Of a DNA stretch of 64,000 nt, positions 19,838 to 29,579 are shown one piece after another. Every line of letters begins with the position of its first letter. The first letter of the stretch is position 1. The notes below the pieces were generated by a model. The model saw nothing but the letters and a program-made list of their open reading frames with translations. It ran no database searches and had not been told where the DNA came from. This DNA comes from Sedimentisphaerales bacterium (lineage in GTDB: Bacteria > Planctomycetota > Phycisphaerae > Sedimentisphaerales > SM23-30). The stretch lies in the NCBI GenBank assembly GCA_963663805.2, contig CAXXMR010000013.1, positions 448,001 through 512,000 on the forward strand, written 5' to 3'. Position numbers and translations under genes: made by a program.

Positions 19838-20147
19838 GACTTAGAATTTCCAGTTTATCTGGCTTGGGATTTTCTAAAAAAAACCATTTTGTGTATATAT
19901 TGACGGAACTGCTAAAAGTCCAAATCAAGCTTAAAAAAGCACTCTCACGCTCAATTTTTGAAGGAGCGATAAACTTTTGACGCTGGCGACTTAATTGATT
20001 ATCTCCAAAGAACTTGTGTTGGTATTTCGGGTAGTTTTTTTTGCTAAAAACTGTGAAAACTCGAAGTCTAAACTTGATTTTTCACTTTTTTTGTACGATA
20101 ATGGTATAGAATATTGAGTTTTAGTTTTTGTCTGGGAATGAGCATAA

Positions 20148-21296
20148 ATGGCCAAAATGATTGCCCGAAAAAAAGATTTGTCCCAAATACGGAAACTGGT
20201 GAAGAATTTTCCAGTTACCGCGATATTGGGTGCCCGGCAGTGTGGCAAGACTACTATTGCCCGTGAGATTTCGGCGGCGTATTATTTTGATTTGGAGAAC
20301 CCTCGTGATTTAGCTCGTTTTGAGAATCCTCAGTTGGCGCTGGAAGATTTACGGGGTTTGGTGGTTATTGATGAGATTCAGCGGAAGCCGGAGTTGTTTC
20401 CTTTGCTGCGTTATCTGGTTGATGCTGATGAGTCCCACAAATATTTAATTTTGGGCAGTGCCTCACGCGACCTTATTCGACAGAGCAGTGAAACTCTGGC
20501 GGGAAGGATTGCTTATCATTATTTATCGGGTCTTGGTCTGAATGATGTTGCCGTGAAGAATCTGAAAAAGCTTTGGCTTCGCGGTGGTTATCCGCGGTCC
20601 TTTACCTCGGCGAGCGTCGGGGACGCGATGTTTTGGCTGGAGCAGTATATACAGACTTTTCTGGAGCGGGATTTGCCGCTGCTGGGTATTCGTATCGAGG
20701 CGGCGGCTTTGAGACGGTTCTGGACCATGCTTAGTCATTATCATGGCCAACTTATCAATTATACCGAACTGGCCGGTTCATTTGGCGTATCTGATGCAAC
20801 GATACGTCGTTATATAGATATTCTGGCCGGGACTTTTATGGTGCGGGTTATGCAGCCGTGGCATGTAAATGTGGGTAAACGTCTGGTTAAGCGTCCCCGA
20901 ATTTATGTTCGAGACAGCGGGGTGTTTCATGCTTTGCAGTCCATACCTTCTCCTGAGATTCTCGAGTCTCATCCTAAACTGGGGGCTTCGTGGGAGGGGT
21001 TCGCTCTGGAGGAGGTTGTGAAAACTCTGGGCAAGAGAGATGAGCAGTTGTTTTTCTGGCGTACTCATGCCGGTGCGGAGGTTGACCTTTTCTGGCAGCA
21101 TGAAGGAAAAAACTGGGCGGTAGAATTCAAATATTCTGACGCTCCCAATTTGACTAAAAATATGCAGACCGCCGTAAAAGATTTGTCATTGGCTCATCTA
21201 TGGGTAGTCTATCCAGGTCGTCAGAGTTATAGGCTGGCTGATAATATAACTGCCAGGGCGGCGTCAGATATTTCCCAGGGATGGGAATATCGCTGA
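20148..21296 (+). CDS. AAA_14 ATPase with DUF4143 / PD-(D/E)xK-like C-terminus
   Basis: Walker A GARQCGKT, Walker B VIDEIQ, LGSAS, ETLAGR, RGGYP, FWRT..GAEVD..AVEFK. Confidence 0.9.
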   Translation: MAKMIARKKDLSQIRKLVKNFPVTAILGARQCGKTTIAREISAAYYFDLENPRDLARFENPQLALEDLRGLVVIDEIQRKPELFPLLRYLVDADESHKYLILGSASRDLIRQSSETLAGRIAYHYLSGLGLNDVAVKNLKKLWLRGGYPRSFTSASVGDAMFWLEQYIQTFLERDLPLLGIRIEAAALRRFWTMLSHYHGQLINYTELAGSFGVSDATIRRYIDILAGTFMVRVMQPWHVNVGKRLVKRPRIYVRDSGVFHALQSIPSPEILESHPKLGASWEGFALEEVVKTLGKRDEQLFFWRTHAGAEVDLFWQHEGKNWAVEFKYSDAPNLTKNMQTAVKDLSLAHLWVVYPGRQSYRLADNITARAASDISQGWEYR

Positions 21297-22106
21297 TTGT
21301 TCGGCTGTTCCTACCGCTTTGAAGAATGTGTAGCAGAACGTGCCGCCGCCGTCGGCGGTGCGGTAGAGGTCGGCGACGCCGCGAGCCCAGTCTGCTTCGC
21401 TCATTAGATTGTGGGTTCGTACCTGTTCGCCTACACCCTCGACCATGGCTGAGAAGGTGTTGCGGGAGAATCCTTCGACCCATTTGGGTTTACTGTCATC
21501 GACATAGACCATGCGGGGGGACACCCGGACGTTTTTCAGGCCCGCGGCGGTCAGCAGGGGGTAGAGTTCACGACCGATGAGTGAGTTGCCGCCGGCCTGG
21601 GCTTGCAGGTCGATAAGACATTGTACTGCCCGCATAGCACAGTCGCTATGGGGATGAAAAAAGGTTGAGCCGTGGTCGCCTTCGATGGCGGTTAGAGTGC
21701 CGCCGGGTTTTAGGAACTGGGTGAGAATTTTCAATGCTTCGTCTGGGTTGGGCAGATGTTCCAGAACGAAACACAGAAAAATATGGTCAAATGATTGAGG
21801 CTCAAAACGTAAATTGAAAATGTCAGCTTGCTCAAATTTAACGTTGTTGAAACCGGCAGTTTCGATTTTTTCTTTGGCGATTGCCAGTGAGGTTTCGGAG
21901 ATGTCAATAGAAGTTATTTCAGCCTGGGGGTTGTTTTGGGAGAGGGTGACGGTCTGGGCGCCTATGCCGCAGCCGGCTTCCAGGACGCGGCTGTGGGGTG
22001 GGTAGATGGTATCGTGGTGTAGTAGTTCGACAAGGGTTTCGGCCTGGTCTTTGAGGCGTTTTGACTCACGCGGGGAATAGCCGTGTACGTATTTGTGATT
22101 TGACAT
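21264..22106 (-). CDS. Class I SAM-dependent methyltransferase
   Basis: VLEAGCGIG, SIDIS, FDHIFLCFVLEHL, LKPGG. Confidence 0.9.
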   Translation of the reverse strand: MSNHKYVHGYSPRESKRLKDQAETLVELLHHDTIYPPHSRVLEAGCGIGAQTVTLSQNNPQAEITSIDISETSLAIAKEKIETAGFNNVKFEQADIFNLRFEPQSFDHIFLCFVLEHLPNPDEALKILTQFLKPGGTLTAIEGDHGSTFFHPHSDCAMRAVQCLIDLQAQAGGNSLIGRELYPLLTAAGLKNVRVSPRMVYVDDSKPKWVEGFSRNTFSAMVEGVGEQVRTHNLMSEADWARGVADLYRTADGGGTFCYTFFKAVGTAEQSAIFPSLGNI

Positions 22107-22125
22107 ATTATTTCCGAGTCAGAAA

Positions 22126-22830
22126 TTATTTTTCGGTATTTTCGACCTTGCGTTCGTGGGCGGGCGGTTTGCTGAAAAGTGTTGGTTCGGGGATGTCTAC
22201 TTTCATGCCCAAAACGCCGAGTCTGCGGGCCAGGCCCGGAAAGAGGGGGTCGGCTTTGAAGGCTCGGACGAGGGAGTCTTTGCCTTTTTGGTCATTGTTC
22301 TTAGAAAAGAAATAATCCGCCAAAGCTACGAGGCAGGATGCGTCCTGGGGGTTTTTGAGGGCGCCTTCTTCAAGGACCAGGACGCCGGGCTCTTCCATAT
22401 TGGCATCGAGGAAGCTCTGGCCGATATTAAGGTAGTCGGTTTCTTCCGGGCGGCGGTGCTTGATGAACAGGGCGGCAGCTTCGGCGGCTTCAGCTTTGCG
22501 GCCCAGTTTGTTAAGGCCGAGGATATAAGCCTGCTGAGCGTCTGCTGAGGCGGGATTGAACTTTACAGCGAGGCTGTATTCGTAGACGGCTTCTTTCAGG
22601 TCCGCTTTGATTTCGTAGCAGCGCCCCATCCAGTAATGTCCGTCGCTGTAGGAAAAGTCGTATTCGATGACGCGGGTAAGGTAATTTTCGGCGGAGGCGT
22701 AATCGCCGTTGTTAAAGGCGATTTTGGCCCGGCGGACGTTATTTTGAGCGTCAATTGGCTTCAGTGAGCATCCGCTCAGGGCAAGTAAAGAGGCTGTGAT
22801 AAAGGCTGATATTATCCAGAGTTTTTTCAT
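22126..22830 (-). CDS. TPR-repeat lipoprotein
   Basis: Lipobox LSGC followed by TPR-like helices (HYWMGRCYE...AVYEYSLAVKFNP). Confidence 0.8.
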   Translation of the reverse strand: MKKLWIISAFITASLLALSGCSLKPIDAQNNVRRAKIAFNNGDYASAENYLTRVIEYDFSYSDGHYWMGRCYEIKADLKEAVYEYSLAVKFNPASADAQQAYILGLNKLGRKAEAAEAAALFIKHRRPEETDYLNIGQSFLDANMEEPGVLVLEEGALKNPQDASCLVALADYFFSKNNDQKGKDSLVRAFKADPLFPGLARRLGVLGMKVDIPEPTLFSKPPAHERKVENTEK

Positions 22831-22888
22831 GGTCGCTCTCCGCGTATGATTTCAATAATAGGTTGTTGAGTAAAAATTGTTTTTGGTT

Positions 22889-23053
22889 TCAATCGTTTCT
22901 GGGCTTGAATCGTTCCTTGGTTGTCAGGCAGGCTGGGCAGCGCCAGTCGTCCGGCAAATCTTCAAAGGCCGTGCCGGGCGGGATTTTGCCTTCCGGGTCG
23001 CCTTTGGCCGGGTCGTAAGTATAACCGCAATACATGCAACGATATTTTTTCAT
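22889..23053 (-). CDS. rub: Rubredoxin (54 aa; absent from the ORF track)
   Basis: [54 protein letters not shown], with two CxxC knuckles and a GGAG RBS. Confidence 0.95.
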   Translation of the reverse strand: MKKYRCMYCGYTYDPAKGDPEGKIPPGTAFEDLPDDWRCPACLTTKERFKPRND

Positions 23054-23075
23054 GGCAATGCTCCGAAATTAATCG

Positions 23076-23570
23076 TTATTCTGCACCAAGTGCCTTGATG
23101 CCTTCCTGCAATTCTTTTATGTGGCTGACTTCTTCCTGCATTAGTTTATCGACCTGTTCGCGATGTTCTTCTTCGACCGAGCTTTTCAGGGCGGCGAAAA
23201 ACGCGAGGGTGTCTTTCTCAAATCCAATGGCCAGCCGTAACATGCTGACCGGGGTCTGCACCGACGCTACCAGGGCCGAGACATCTTTCTGGAGATTGAA
23301 GACGTGGTTGTCAGCCATGGACTGGATATAGGCTTCGGCAACGCCGTCGGGATCCTGCAGGGCGAGTTCTTCATTGCCGCAATGTTCGGCCCGCCAGCCG
23401 GCGAAGATGTTTTCATGTACCTTTTCTTTTTCTGCCAGGTCGAGCATGATTTTCTTGACGTTTTTGTCTTTGCTGACCTGGGCGGCTTCGCTATAGAACT
23501 TTACTCCGTTACGTTCAATCGCTTCAGCCATGCGGTAAACTTCTGAAATACTGAACTTATCTGCCATCAC
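23076..23570 (-). CDS. Rubrerythrin-like ferritin-superfamily diiron protein
   Basis: E..G..FY / EKVH repeated as EKDT..FF / EEVSH. No fused rubredoxin domain. Confidence 0.85.
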   Translation of the reverse strand: MMADKFSISEVYRMAEAIERNGVKFYSEAAQVSKDKNVKKIMLDLAEKEKVHENIFAGWRAEHCGNEELALQDPDGVAEAYIQSMADNHVFNLQKDVSALVASVQTPVSMLRLAIGFEKDTLAFFAALKSSVEEEHREQVDKLMQEEVSHIKELQEGIKALGAE

Positions 23571-23805
23571 GTTGTCTCCTTATCAAACGTGTCCCGAATG
23601 TCGGTGTCGATTGTTATATTTTCCGTAAACTCTCACCAAAAAACACGATTTTTGCCCCAAAAACGTGAATTTTTTTAAAATTTCTCAAAAAAAAACGCGA
23701 AAATTTCCGCAAATTTCCGTTCATCACGGCAATTTTGCGCTGAAAAATAAGGCTTTTTCCGCGTGAACACTCACTATTTTCCCTTGATTTGGTCTTCCGG
23801 TCAAG

Positions 23806-24522
23806 CTAAATGGCATATTCAACAGGGTCTTTTAGGTGTGCTTCGTCAAAACCTTTCAGCCTGAGCAGACAGGAATCGCATTTCCCGCAGGCCAGGCCCT
23901 TTTCGTCGGGGTCGTAGCAACTGTGGGTGAGTGAATAATCCAGGCCCAGCTCTTTGCCGACACCGATGATTTGGCCTTTGGTCATACCAATTAGAGGGGC
24001 GTGAACCTGGAACCTGCCCTTGCCTTCAGCGGCGGCTTTGGTAGCGAGGTTGGCCAGCCTCTCGAAGGCTCCTATAAACTCTTGTCGGCAATCGGGATAG
24101 CCGCTGTAGTCAACGGCATTGGCCCCGATGAAAATATCGAAGGCTCCGAGTACTTCAGCCCAGGCCAGGGCTAAGGAGAGCAGGATGGTGTTGCGGGCGG
24201 GGACATAAGTGACCGGAATCGAGCTGGCACCAACGGCTTTGCCGTCGGCGGGTTTGGGTACTTCGAGTTCGTCGGTGAGGGCTGAGCCGCCAAACGCCCG
24301 CAAATCCAGGTTGATAATTTTGTGTTCGGGCAACTTTAGGGCCTGAGCGACACGTTGGGCGGAGGCCAGTTCTATGCTGTGTCTTTGTCCGTAACTAACT
24401 GTCAAAGCATGACATATGAAATCGTTAGCCTGGGCCAGACCCGCTACCGTGTAGGAGTCGAGGCCGCCGGAGAGCAGTATAACCGCTTTGATTTTGTCGG
24501 TTTTTGATGAGTCACTTGTCAT
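23806..24522 (-). CDS. queC: 7-cyano-7-deazaguanine synthase
   Basis: [29 protein letters not shown], and the Zn motif SCY..CGKCDSC. Confidence 0.97.
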   Translation of the reverse strand: MTSDSSKTDKIKAVILLSGGLDSYTVAGLAQANDFICHALTVSYGQRHSIELASAQRVAQALKLPEHKIINLDLRAFGGSALTDELEVPKPADGKAVGASSIPVTYVPARNTILLSLALAWAEVLGAFDIFIGANAVDYSGYPDCRQEFIGAFERLANLATKAAAEGKGRFQVHAPLIGMTKGQIIGVGKELGLDYSLTHSCYDPDEKGLACGKCDSCLLRLKGFDEAHLKDPVEYAI

Positions 24523-24631
24523 TTTCAGATTCTTTCGCTAAAATGCCGCTTTGGATATGGAAAACCGGGGATGGCTGTTCCCGATGGCCCAATATCATAG
24601 TTGTAACGCCTTGACGGAGTTTTATCAAGTT

Positions 24632-24985
24632 ATGAGCGAGCCGATTAACCTGGAAACCTTCCCTAACCCTCGAATGGGAAGGGATTATGAAATAGAGATT
24701 AATTGCCCAGAATTCACCAGCGTTTGTCCGATTACAGGTCATCCGGATTTTGGGAATATCAACGTTAAGTATTGTCCCGACAGACTTTGTCTGGAATTGA
24801 AGGCTCTGAAATATTACCTTCAGTCGTATCGCAATCGGGGGATTTTCTATGAGGAAGCGACCAATCAGATTCTAGATGATTTGTCCGCGGCATGTTCACC
24901 TAAGACTATGACTATTACCAGCAGTTTCACCGCCCGAGGCGGGATTACGACTAACGTTACGGTTAAGTATCAATGCTCTAGATGA
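24632..24985 (+). CDS. queF: PreQ0 reductase, unimodular type
   Basis: PEFTSVCPITGHPDF, ELKALKYYL.SYRN.GIFYE, RGGI. Confidence 0.95.
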   Translation: MSEPINLETFPNPRMGRDYEIEINCPEFTSVCPITGHPDFGNINVKYCPDRLCLELKALKYYLQSYRNRGIFYEEATNQILDDLSAACSPKTMTITSSFTARGGITTNVTVKYQCSR

Positions 24986-25001
24986 GTTTATCTGGAGTAC
25001 T

Positions 25002-26009
25002 TCATATTATTTCGCCGGAGAATCTGGCGAGTGTCAGGTCCATATTGGCGACGTCCTGCTCGGAGAGGTTGATTTTTCCGGCGATGGCGTTTTCTTGGGC
25101 TTGCCGGGGTGTTCTGGCTCCGACTAAAGCGTGAGTTACTCCGGGCTGGGCGATTGTCCAAGCGATGGCAAGCTGGGCCATGGAGAGATTGTGCTGCTCG
25201 GCCAGGGGTTGGAATTCTTTGAGCAGGTTGGCGACACTTTGGCGGTTTTCGACACTGTAACGGGGGTTTTTGTTGCGCATGTCGGTATCTGCGAATTTTC
25301 GGTCGGGTCCGATTTTGCCGGTTAGCAGTCCCTGACAGATAGGTGAATAAGCCAGCAGGGCGATGTGATTCCAGCGACAATGAGCGAGATTTTTCATTTC
25401 CAGCTCGTTATCGAGCATGTTGTATTTTTCCTGGTCGGTGTCAACTGGGCCGACCTGAGCATATTTATCGATTTGTTCTGGGGTGGCATTGCTGACTCCG
25501 ATGGCGCGGATTTTACCTTCCTGTTTGAGTTCGATGAGGCAGCCCATGGTATCGGCGATGGGGGTGGTGTTTTCCTGCCAGTGGGTCTGATAGAGGTCGA
25601 TATAGTCTGTTTTGAGGAGTTTGAGGCTGGTTTCGACCTCTTTACGGATGCTTTTGGGGCGGAGGCATTTATAGACTTCCAGAGTTGGTTTGTCCGTATT
25701 TATGGTCTTTTCGTCGCTGCGGAAATGGAATTCGCCTTCCTGGCGGTCCCAAATCAGGCCGCACTTGGTGGCCAGGACAACCTTGTCGCGTCGTCCGGCG
25801 ATGGCCTGTCCGACAATTTCTTCGGAACGGCCGAAACCGTAGACCGGAGCGGTATCGATAAAATTTATGCCCTCGTCGATAGCGGCGTGAATGGCGTTGA
25901 TAGATTCATTTTCTTCTGTACCGCCCCAGTTCCATCCGCCGATCGCCCAGGCCCCCAAAGCTACTACCGATGCCTCGATTCCAGACTGGCCCAACGGACG
26001 ATATTTCAT
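25002..26009 (-). CDS. Aldo/keto reductase
   Basis: GINFIDTAPVYG, ATKCG, DYIDLYQTHW, GKIRAIGVSN, YSP.CQGLLTGK. Confidence 0.93.
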   Translation of the reverse strand: MKYRPLGQSGIEASVVALGAWAIGGWNWGGTEENESINAIHAAIDEGINFIDTAPVYGFGRSEEIVGQAIAGRRDKVVLATKCGLIWDRQEGEFHFRSDEKTINTDKPTLEVYKCLRPKSIRKEVETSLKLLKTDYIDLYQTHWQENTTPIADTMGCLIELKQEGKIRAIGVSNATPEQIDKYAQVGPVDTDQEKYNMLDNELEMKNLAHCRWNHIALLAYSPICQGLLTGKIGPDRKFADTDMRNKNPRYSVENRQSVANLLKEFQPLAEQHNLSMAQLAIAWTIAQPGVTHALVGARTPRQAQENAIAGKINLSEQDVANMDLTLARFSGEII

Positions 26010-26097
26010 TCAAACAACCCTTTTCAGATTATAGTCTTACTACCTGCCAAAACAGCGATTAGAGCATTCTATCGATATAATTTTTCCTGTCAACCTA

Positions 26098-26754
26098 TCA
26101 GTTTTTGTAGTTTGGGTCATGGCGTTGGCGGTACCACTGGGGCCATTGGCTGGGTTTGACTTTAGCCCAGAGGCCGGTCTGGTCGCGTTGAGCTTGCTTT
26201 TGGAGATTCTGGAACCGGTCGTAATGGATATGGTCAAATCGTTCATCGGCATAGGCGTAGCCATCTCTAAGGAGATTTTCGTTGAACATTTCGTTGAGAT
26301 TTACGTACGCATAGCAGAGGAGTCGGCCATATTTGCCGCGGGTGTTTTTGTGCGGTTCAAGGATGATACTGACTTCATTGCCCAAAAGCTGTTTTTTGGC
26401 GTAGGCTGACGCTTCGGGGCCGTAGTACATTATTGGGGTGTTAGGGTTTTTGGTTTCGGGGGTGTCTACTCCCCAGAGTCGTACTCTGGTGTGTTCTTTA
26501 GCGTTGAGCAGGTCGGGTATTTCCAGGTCGAAAGTGTCTCCATCGACAACGTTTACCACCCGGAATGTTTTTTTATTGTAGCGTTCAAAGTCTGTTTCAG
26601 GGTTTTGTTGGGTCTGAGTGGTGCTTGAGTCTGTTGATTCAGGTAGTTCCTGGAATCTGCCCCGGTAGAAAATGAGTGCCAATAGAGCAATACTAAGGCT
26701 GATGAGCATTCTTTGGGAACGGCGAGATAGAAGTGTTTTTTTTCGGCGCGGCAT
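26098..26754 (-). CDS. Membrane-anchored thermonuclease (SNase family)
   Basis: VVDGDT, VRLWGVDTPE, YGRLLCY, LLRDGYA, GLW, with an N-terminal TM segment. Confidence 0.9.
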   Translation of the reverse strand: MPRRKKTLLSRRSQRMLISLSIALLALIFYRGRFQELPESTDSSTTQTQQNPETDFERYNKKTFRVVNVVDGDTFDLEIPDLLNAKEHTRVRLWGVDTPETKNPNTPIMYYGPEASAYAKKQLLGNEVSIILEPHKNTRGKYGRLLCYAYVNLNEMFNENLLRDGYAYADERFDHIHYDRFQNLQKQAQRDQTGLWAKVKPSQWPQWYRQRHDPNYKN

Positions 26755-26862
26755 TGTTTGGGTTCCTTTTGTGGGTCTTGCGGAAAAATAATGCTTGAAA
26801 ACCACGCCGGTCATCGTAAACTGAATGAAAGGACAAATCAAGGTTCATGCCGGAGACCGCAG

Positions 26863-27588
26863 ATGTCAAAAATATCTTTATGGAAGAGGATGGGTGGGTG
26901 GCTGAGGCTTAGTGCGGCTGATGCCGACGCTCAAGTCGATGAAAACGGACTGCTGATTAACGATGGAGAACATGCGGGCAATCCGCAGGAGGCTCTGGTG
27001 ACTAAAAAACCGAATAAGGAGCAACAGTTGGCGGCGATGGAAGAGAGTTTTCGTCGGTTGGTGGATGTTTTGGAATCACTTAATGACAATGTTGCCGAGC
27101 AGAACCATAAGAGCGAGAAGATAAACCAGAATCTGAACTTACTGCCGCAGGTTCTTGAGAATATTCCGCAGGCTTCGGCGGCTCAGCGTGAGGCTCTTGA
27201 TAAACTTGCCGGCGAACTGCGTAATCAGTCTTCGCGCAGTCAGCAGCTGGTGGAAATTGTCAAGGATTTGCCTGATTTAACCCAGCAGCAGATCGACCGG
27301 TTGGGTGATATTACTCAGCAGTTGGAGTCGTCCAGCCAGAGCAGCGAGAAGATGAGCGATTCTTTCTCGCGGGTGGATGAGTCTATTAGCGAGATGCTCC
27401 AGCATAGTCAGGGTCAGAGCATTTCTCTAGCGAATCTGGGGCAGCAGATTCAGCAGTCTGACCAACAGCTTATCGAGGCATTGACCAGGCAAAATCGCAG
27501 AATGATGTGGATTTTCGCGGGTCTGGCGATTTTGGTATCGGCGGCGGTTGTAGTTTTGACACTTTTTAGTTTGAAGTCTGCGAGCTGA
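26863..27588 (+). CDS. Hypothetical coiled-coil protein with a C-terminal TM anchor
   Basis: Q/E/L-rich heptads followed by a hydrophobic C-terminus. Confidence 0.7.
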   Translation: MSKISLWKRMGGWLRLSAADADAQVDENGLLINDGEHAGNPQEALVTKKPNKEQQLAAMEESFRRLVDVLESLNDNVAEQNHKSEKINQNLNLLPQVLENIPQASAAQREALDKLAGELRNQSSRSQQLVEIVKDLPDLTQQQIDRLGDITQQLESSSQSSEKMSDSFSRVDESISEMLQHSQGQSISLANLGQQIQQSDQQLIEALTRQNRRMMWIFAGLAILVSAAVVVLTLFSLKSAS

Positions 27589-27736
27589 TTGGATGAATCA
27601 ATTTATGTAAGCGTTCACAGTATCTCAGGTTGAGCTGTATAGGCCCGATCATGCTGTCCCTTCAGGGCTGTTAAAAGAAAATAATATTCCCACTCGGCAC
27701 AAAAATATGTTGAAGTGGGGAGTGTGAACAGTTACT

Positions 27737-29368
27737 TTATTTTTTCTGTTTTTCCAGTACATTTCCCAGCACATCTATCAGAATATTTGTCATTTGTTCT
27801 TCGGCAGTGCGTTTGTTTTTTTTCTCTTGCTGCGGAGCTTGTTCATTTTTTTCTTCGTCTTGATTATTGGTTTCAATCGGAGTTTCTGGTTTTTGTCCGG
27901 AATTATCAATCTTGCCCAGCAGGTCCTCCAGGGCTTTGCCTGCCTGAGTCTCGATGTTTTTGCGGAGAATGTTTTTCAGCAGTTCATCTACGTTTACTTT
28001 GCCGAGGCCGAGGACGGGCTTGTCTACTGTCCCTAATATTGGGATGTCAACCCGTGTCTCTCCCAGATAACGCGGGTCGATCTGAGACATTTTAACTCCC
28101 AGGCGTTCCAGCAGCAGGGCGTTGAGGGGCATACTGACTGCCATATCCATGGTTTTATCGAAACCTACCGAGCCGTAAAACCTCATCTGGGTATGGTCTT
28201 TCAGGGCAACAATAAAATCATCGTAATGAATTTTGCCGTCACGGACAGCGAAATTAATGGCGCCTATATCCAGACATACTTTATCTTCCACTCGTGAGGA
28301 AAGCAGGTTCAGTAAATCCTTTAGCAGACCCTGTGGATGCACCTTCATTCCTGAAAGATTCAAATTGCCCTGGCCGTACATTTCATTTTGGCTGTTTTTG
28401 TCCAGTGGGACATAAACATCTTCGACTATCAGCGAGACTGTCCCTTCTACTTCCGCACTTTCGGCGAGCAGGGGGGAGGCGTCTTTCATGAAGCGTTGGA
28501 CGAGTTCTGACTTGATGGGCAACTTGTCAAGTATTTGTTGTTTTTTGGTTATGCGTAATTGCGGCGGCTGTTGGCGGAGGTCGAGTTGGCCGGCCAGGAT
28601 GATTTGGCCGTCCTCGGCGGCGACGATGCTTTCGGGCAGATGGACGATGCCGCCGGAAATTTCTGGTTTGATCTGTGCTTGTCCCAGTTTTATTTCATAG
28701 ACCTCGCCCCTGTCCCAGTTCAGGCTCAGTACGCCTTCGATATCTTCCAGCTTGCCATCTACCGGACTTTTCAACTCAAATTCACCCTGACAGATACCTT
28801 CCAGGTTCACGTCGCGGGCGGTTTCCGGGGCGTAAATTTCCAGCATTCCCATGGCTTGCTGCCAGTCGAGTCGATATTTGCCGTTGGCTGTTGCCCGTTG
28901 TTGGGCGGTGCCATCTATATAAATTTCGCCTTCGAGCTCAAAATCCTGCCATTGCCGACCTTCGATTTTGAAGGCTTTGATAACGCCGCCCCTGAGTACC
29001 AGCAGTCCCGGCGGTACGTGTCGCTGTTGTGTATTTTTCATTTTTCGGGCTTCGGCCAGTAAATCTATTAGTCCGCCGGACCAACTAATGAAGGATGCGC
29101 TGATTTCATTGCCGCCTTCGGGCTCACGTAATTGCACTCTGCCCAGTTCACAGGGGCCCAGCCACGATAGCGATATGCTTTGGCAATCTATCAGCCAGCC
29201 GGTTTTTTCGCCGACCAACTGTAACAGGGCACTTTTGGCAGGCCCAACACCTATCAGGCGTGGAACGGACCAGATAGCTACTATCAGCATCAAAAATGCG
29301 GCAAGCAAACGCCAACGCCATTTGTGCCGTCTGACAATTTTGTCGGTTTCTTTGATTTTCCTGTTCAT
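27737..29368 (-). CDS. AsmA-like envelope protein
   Basis: N-terminal TM, Gly-rich beta-strand pattern, and C-terminal GSVGFD..MDM...IPILGTVDKP typical of AsmA-like C-termini. Confidence 0.6.
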   Translation of the reverse strand: MNRKIKETDKIVRRHKWRWRLLAAFLMLIVAIWSVPRLIGVGPAKSALLQLVGEKTGWLIDCQSISLSWLGPCELGRVQLREPEGGNEISASFISWSGGLIDLLAEARKMKNTQQRHVPPGLLVLRGGVIKAFKIEGRQWQDFELEGEIYIDGTAQQRATANGKYRLDWQQAMGMLEIYAPETARDVNLEGICQGEFELKSPVDGKLEDIEGVLSLNWDRGEVYEIKLGQAQIKPEISGGIVHLPESIVAAEDGQIILAGQLDLRQQPPQLRITKKQQILDKLPIKSELVQRFMKDASPLLAESAEVEGTVSLIVEDVYVPLDKNSQNEMYGQGNLNLSGMKVHPQGLLKDLLNLLSSRVEDKVCLDIGAINFAVRDGKIHYDDFIVALKDHTQMRFYGSVGFDKTMDMAVSMPLNALLLERLGVKMSQIDPRYLGETRVDIPILGTVDKPVLGLGKVNVDELLKNILRKNIETQAGKALEDLLGKIDNSGQKPETPIETNNQDEEKNEQAPQQEKKNKRTAEEQMTNILIDVLGNVLEKQKK

Positions 29369-29579
29369 AATCTGCCTTTACATCTGGTTGCCTGTTAAAA
29401 ACTAAATATTCAATAATTACTTTATCGACAATATCTTATATTAAATAAATTTGCAATGTGGTATTTCTCTTATCCAAAAATCTTGATTTTTAATAGTATT
29501 GCCCTAATATGTGCCCGGTCCAGAGAAAATTTCTGGCGTGATGAAATGGCTGCTGTTTACAGAAAGAAAGGTAAAGCAC

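Noticed and set aside
19576..19840. CRISPR array
   Set aside because: There are only two imperfect units, no regular repeat-spacer period and no cas genes.
24523..24631. preQ1 riboswitch between queC and queF
   Set aside because: No preQ1 stem with an A-rich tail was found on either strand.
23806..26754. queC/queF plus nuclease as a 7-deazaguanine DNA-modification or QueC-type defence system
   Set aside because: Both genes look like canonical queuosine enzymes, no dpdA/TGT-like or Qat partner is present, and the nuclease is a membrane-anchored SNase in a separate unit.
27640..27672. REP-like remnant GCTGTCCCTTCAGGGCTG
   Set aside because: It is a single degenerate copy with no partner nearby.
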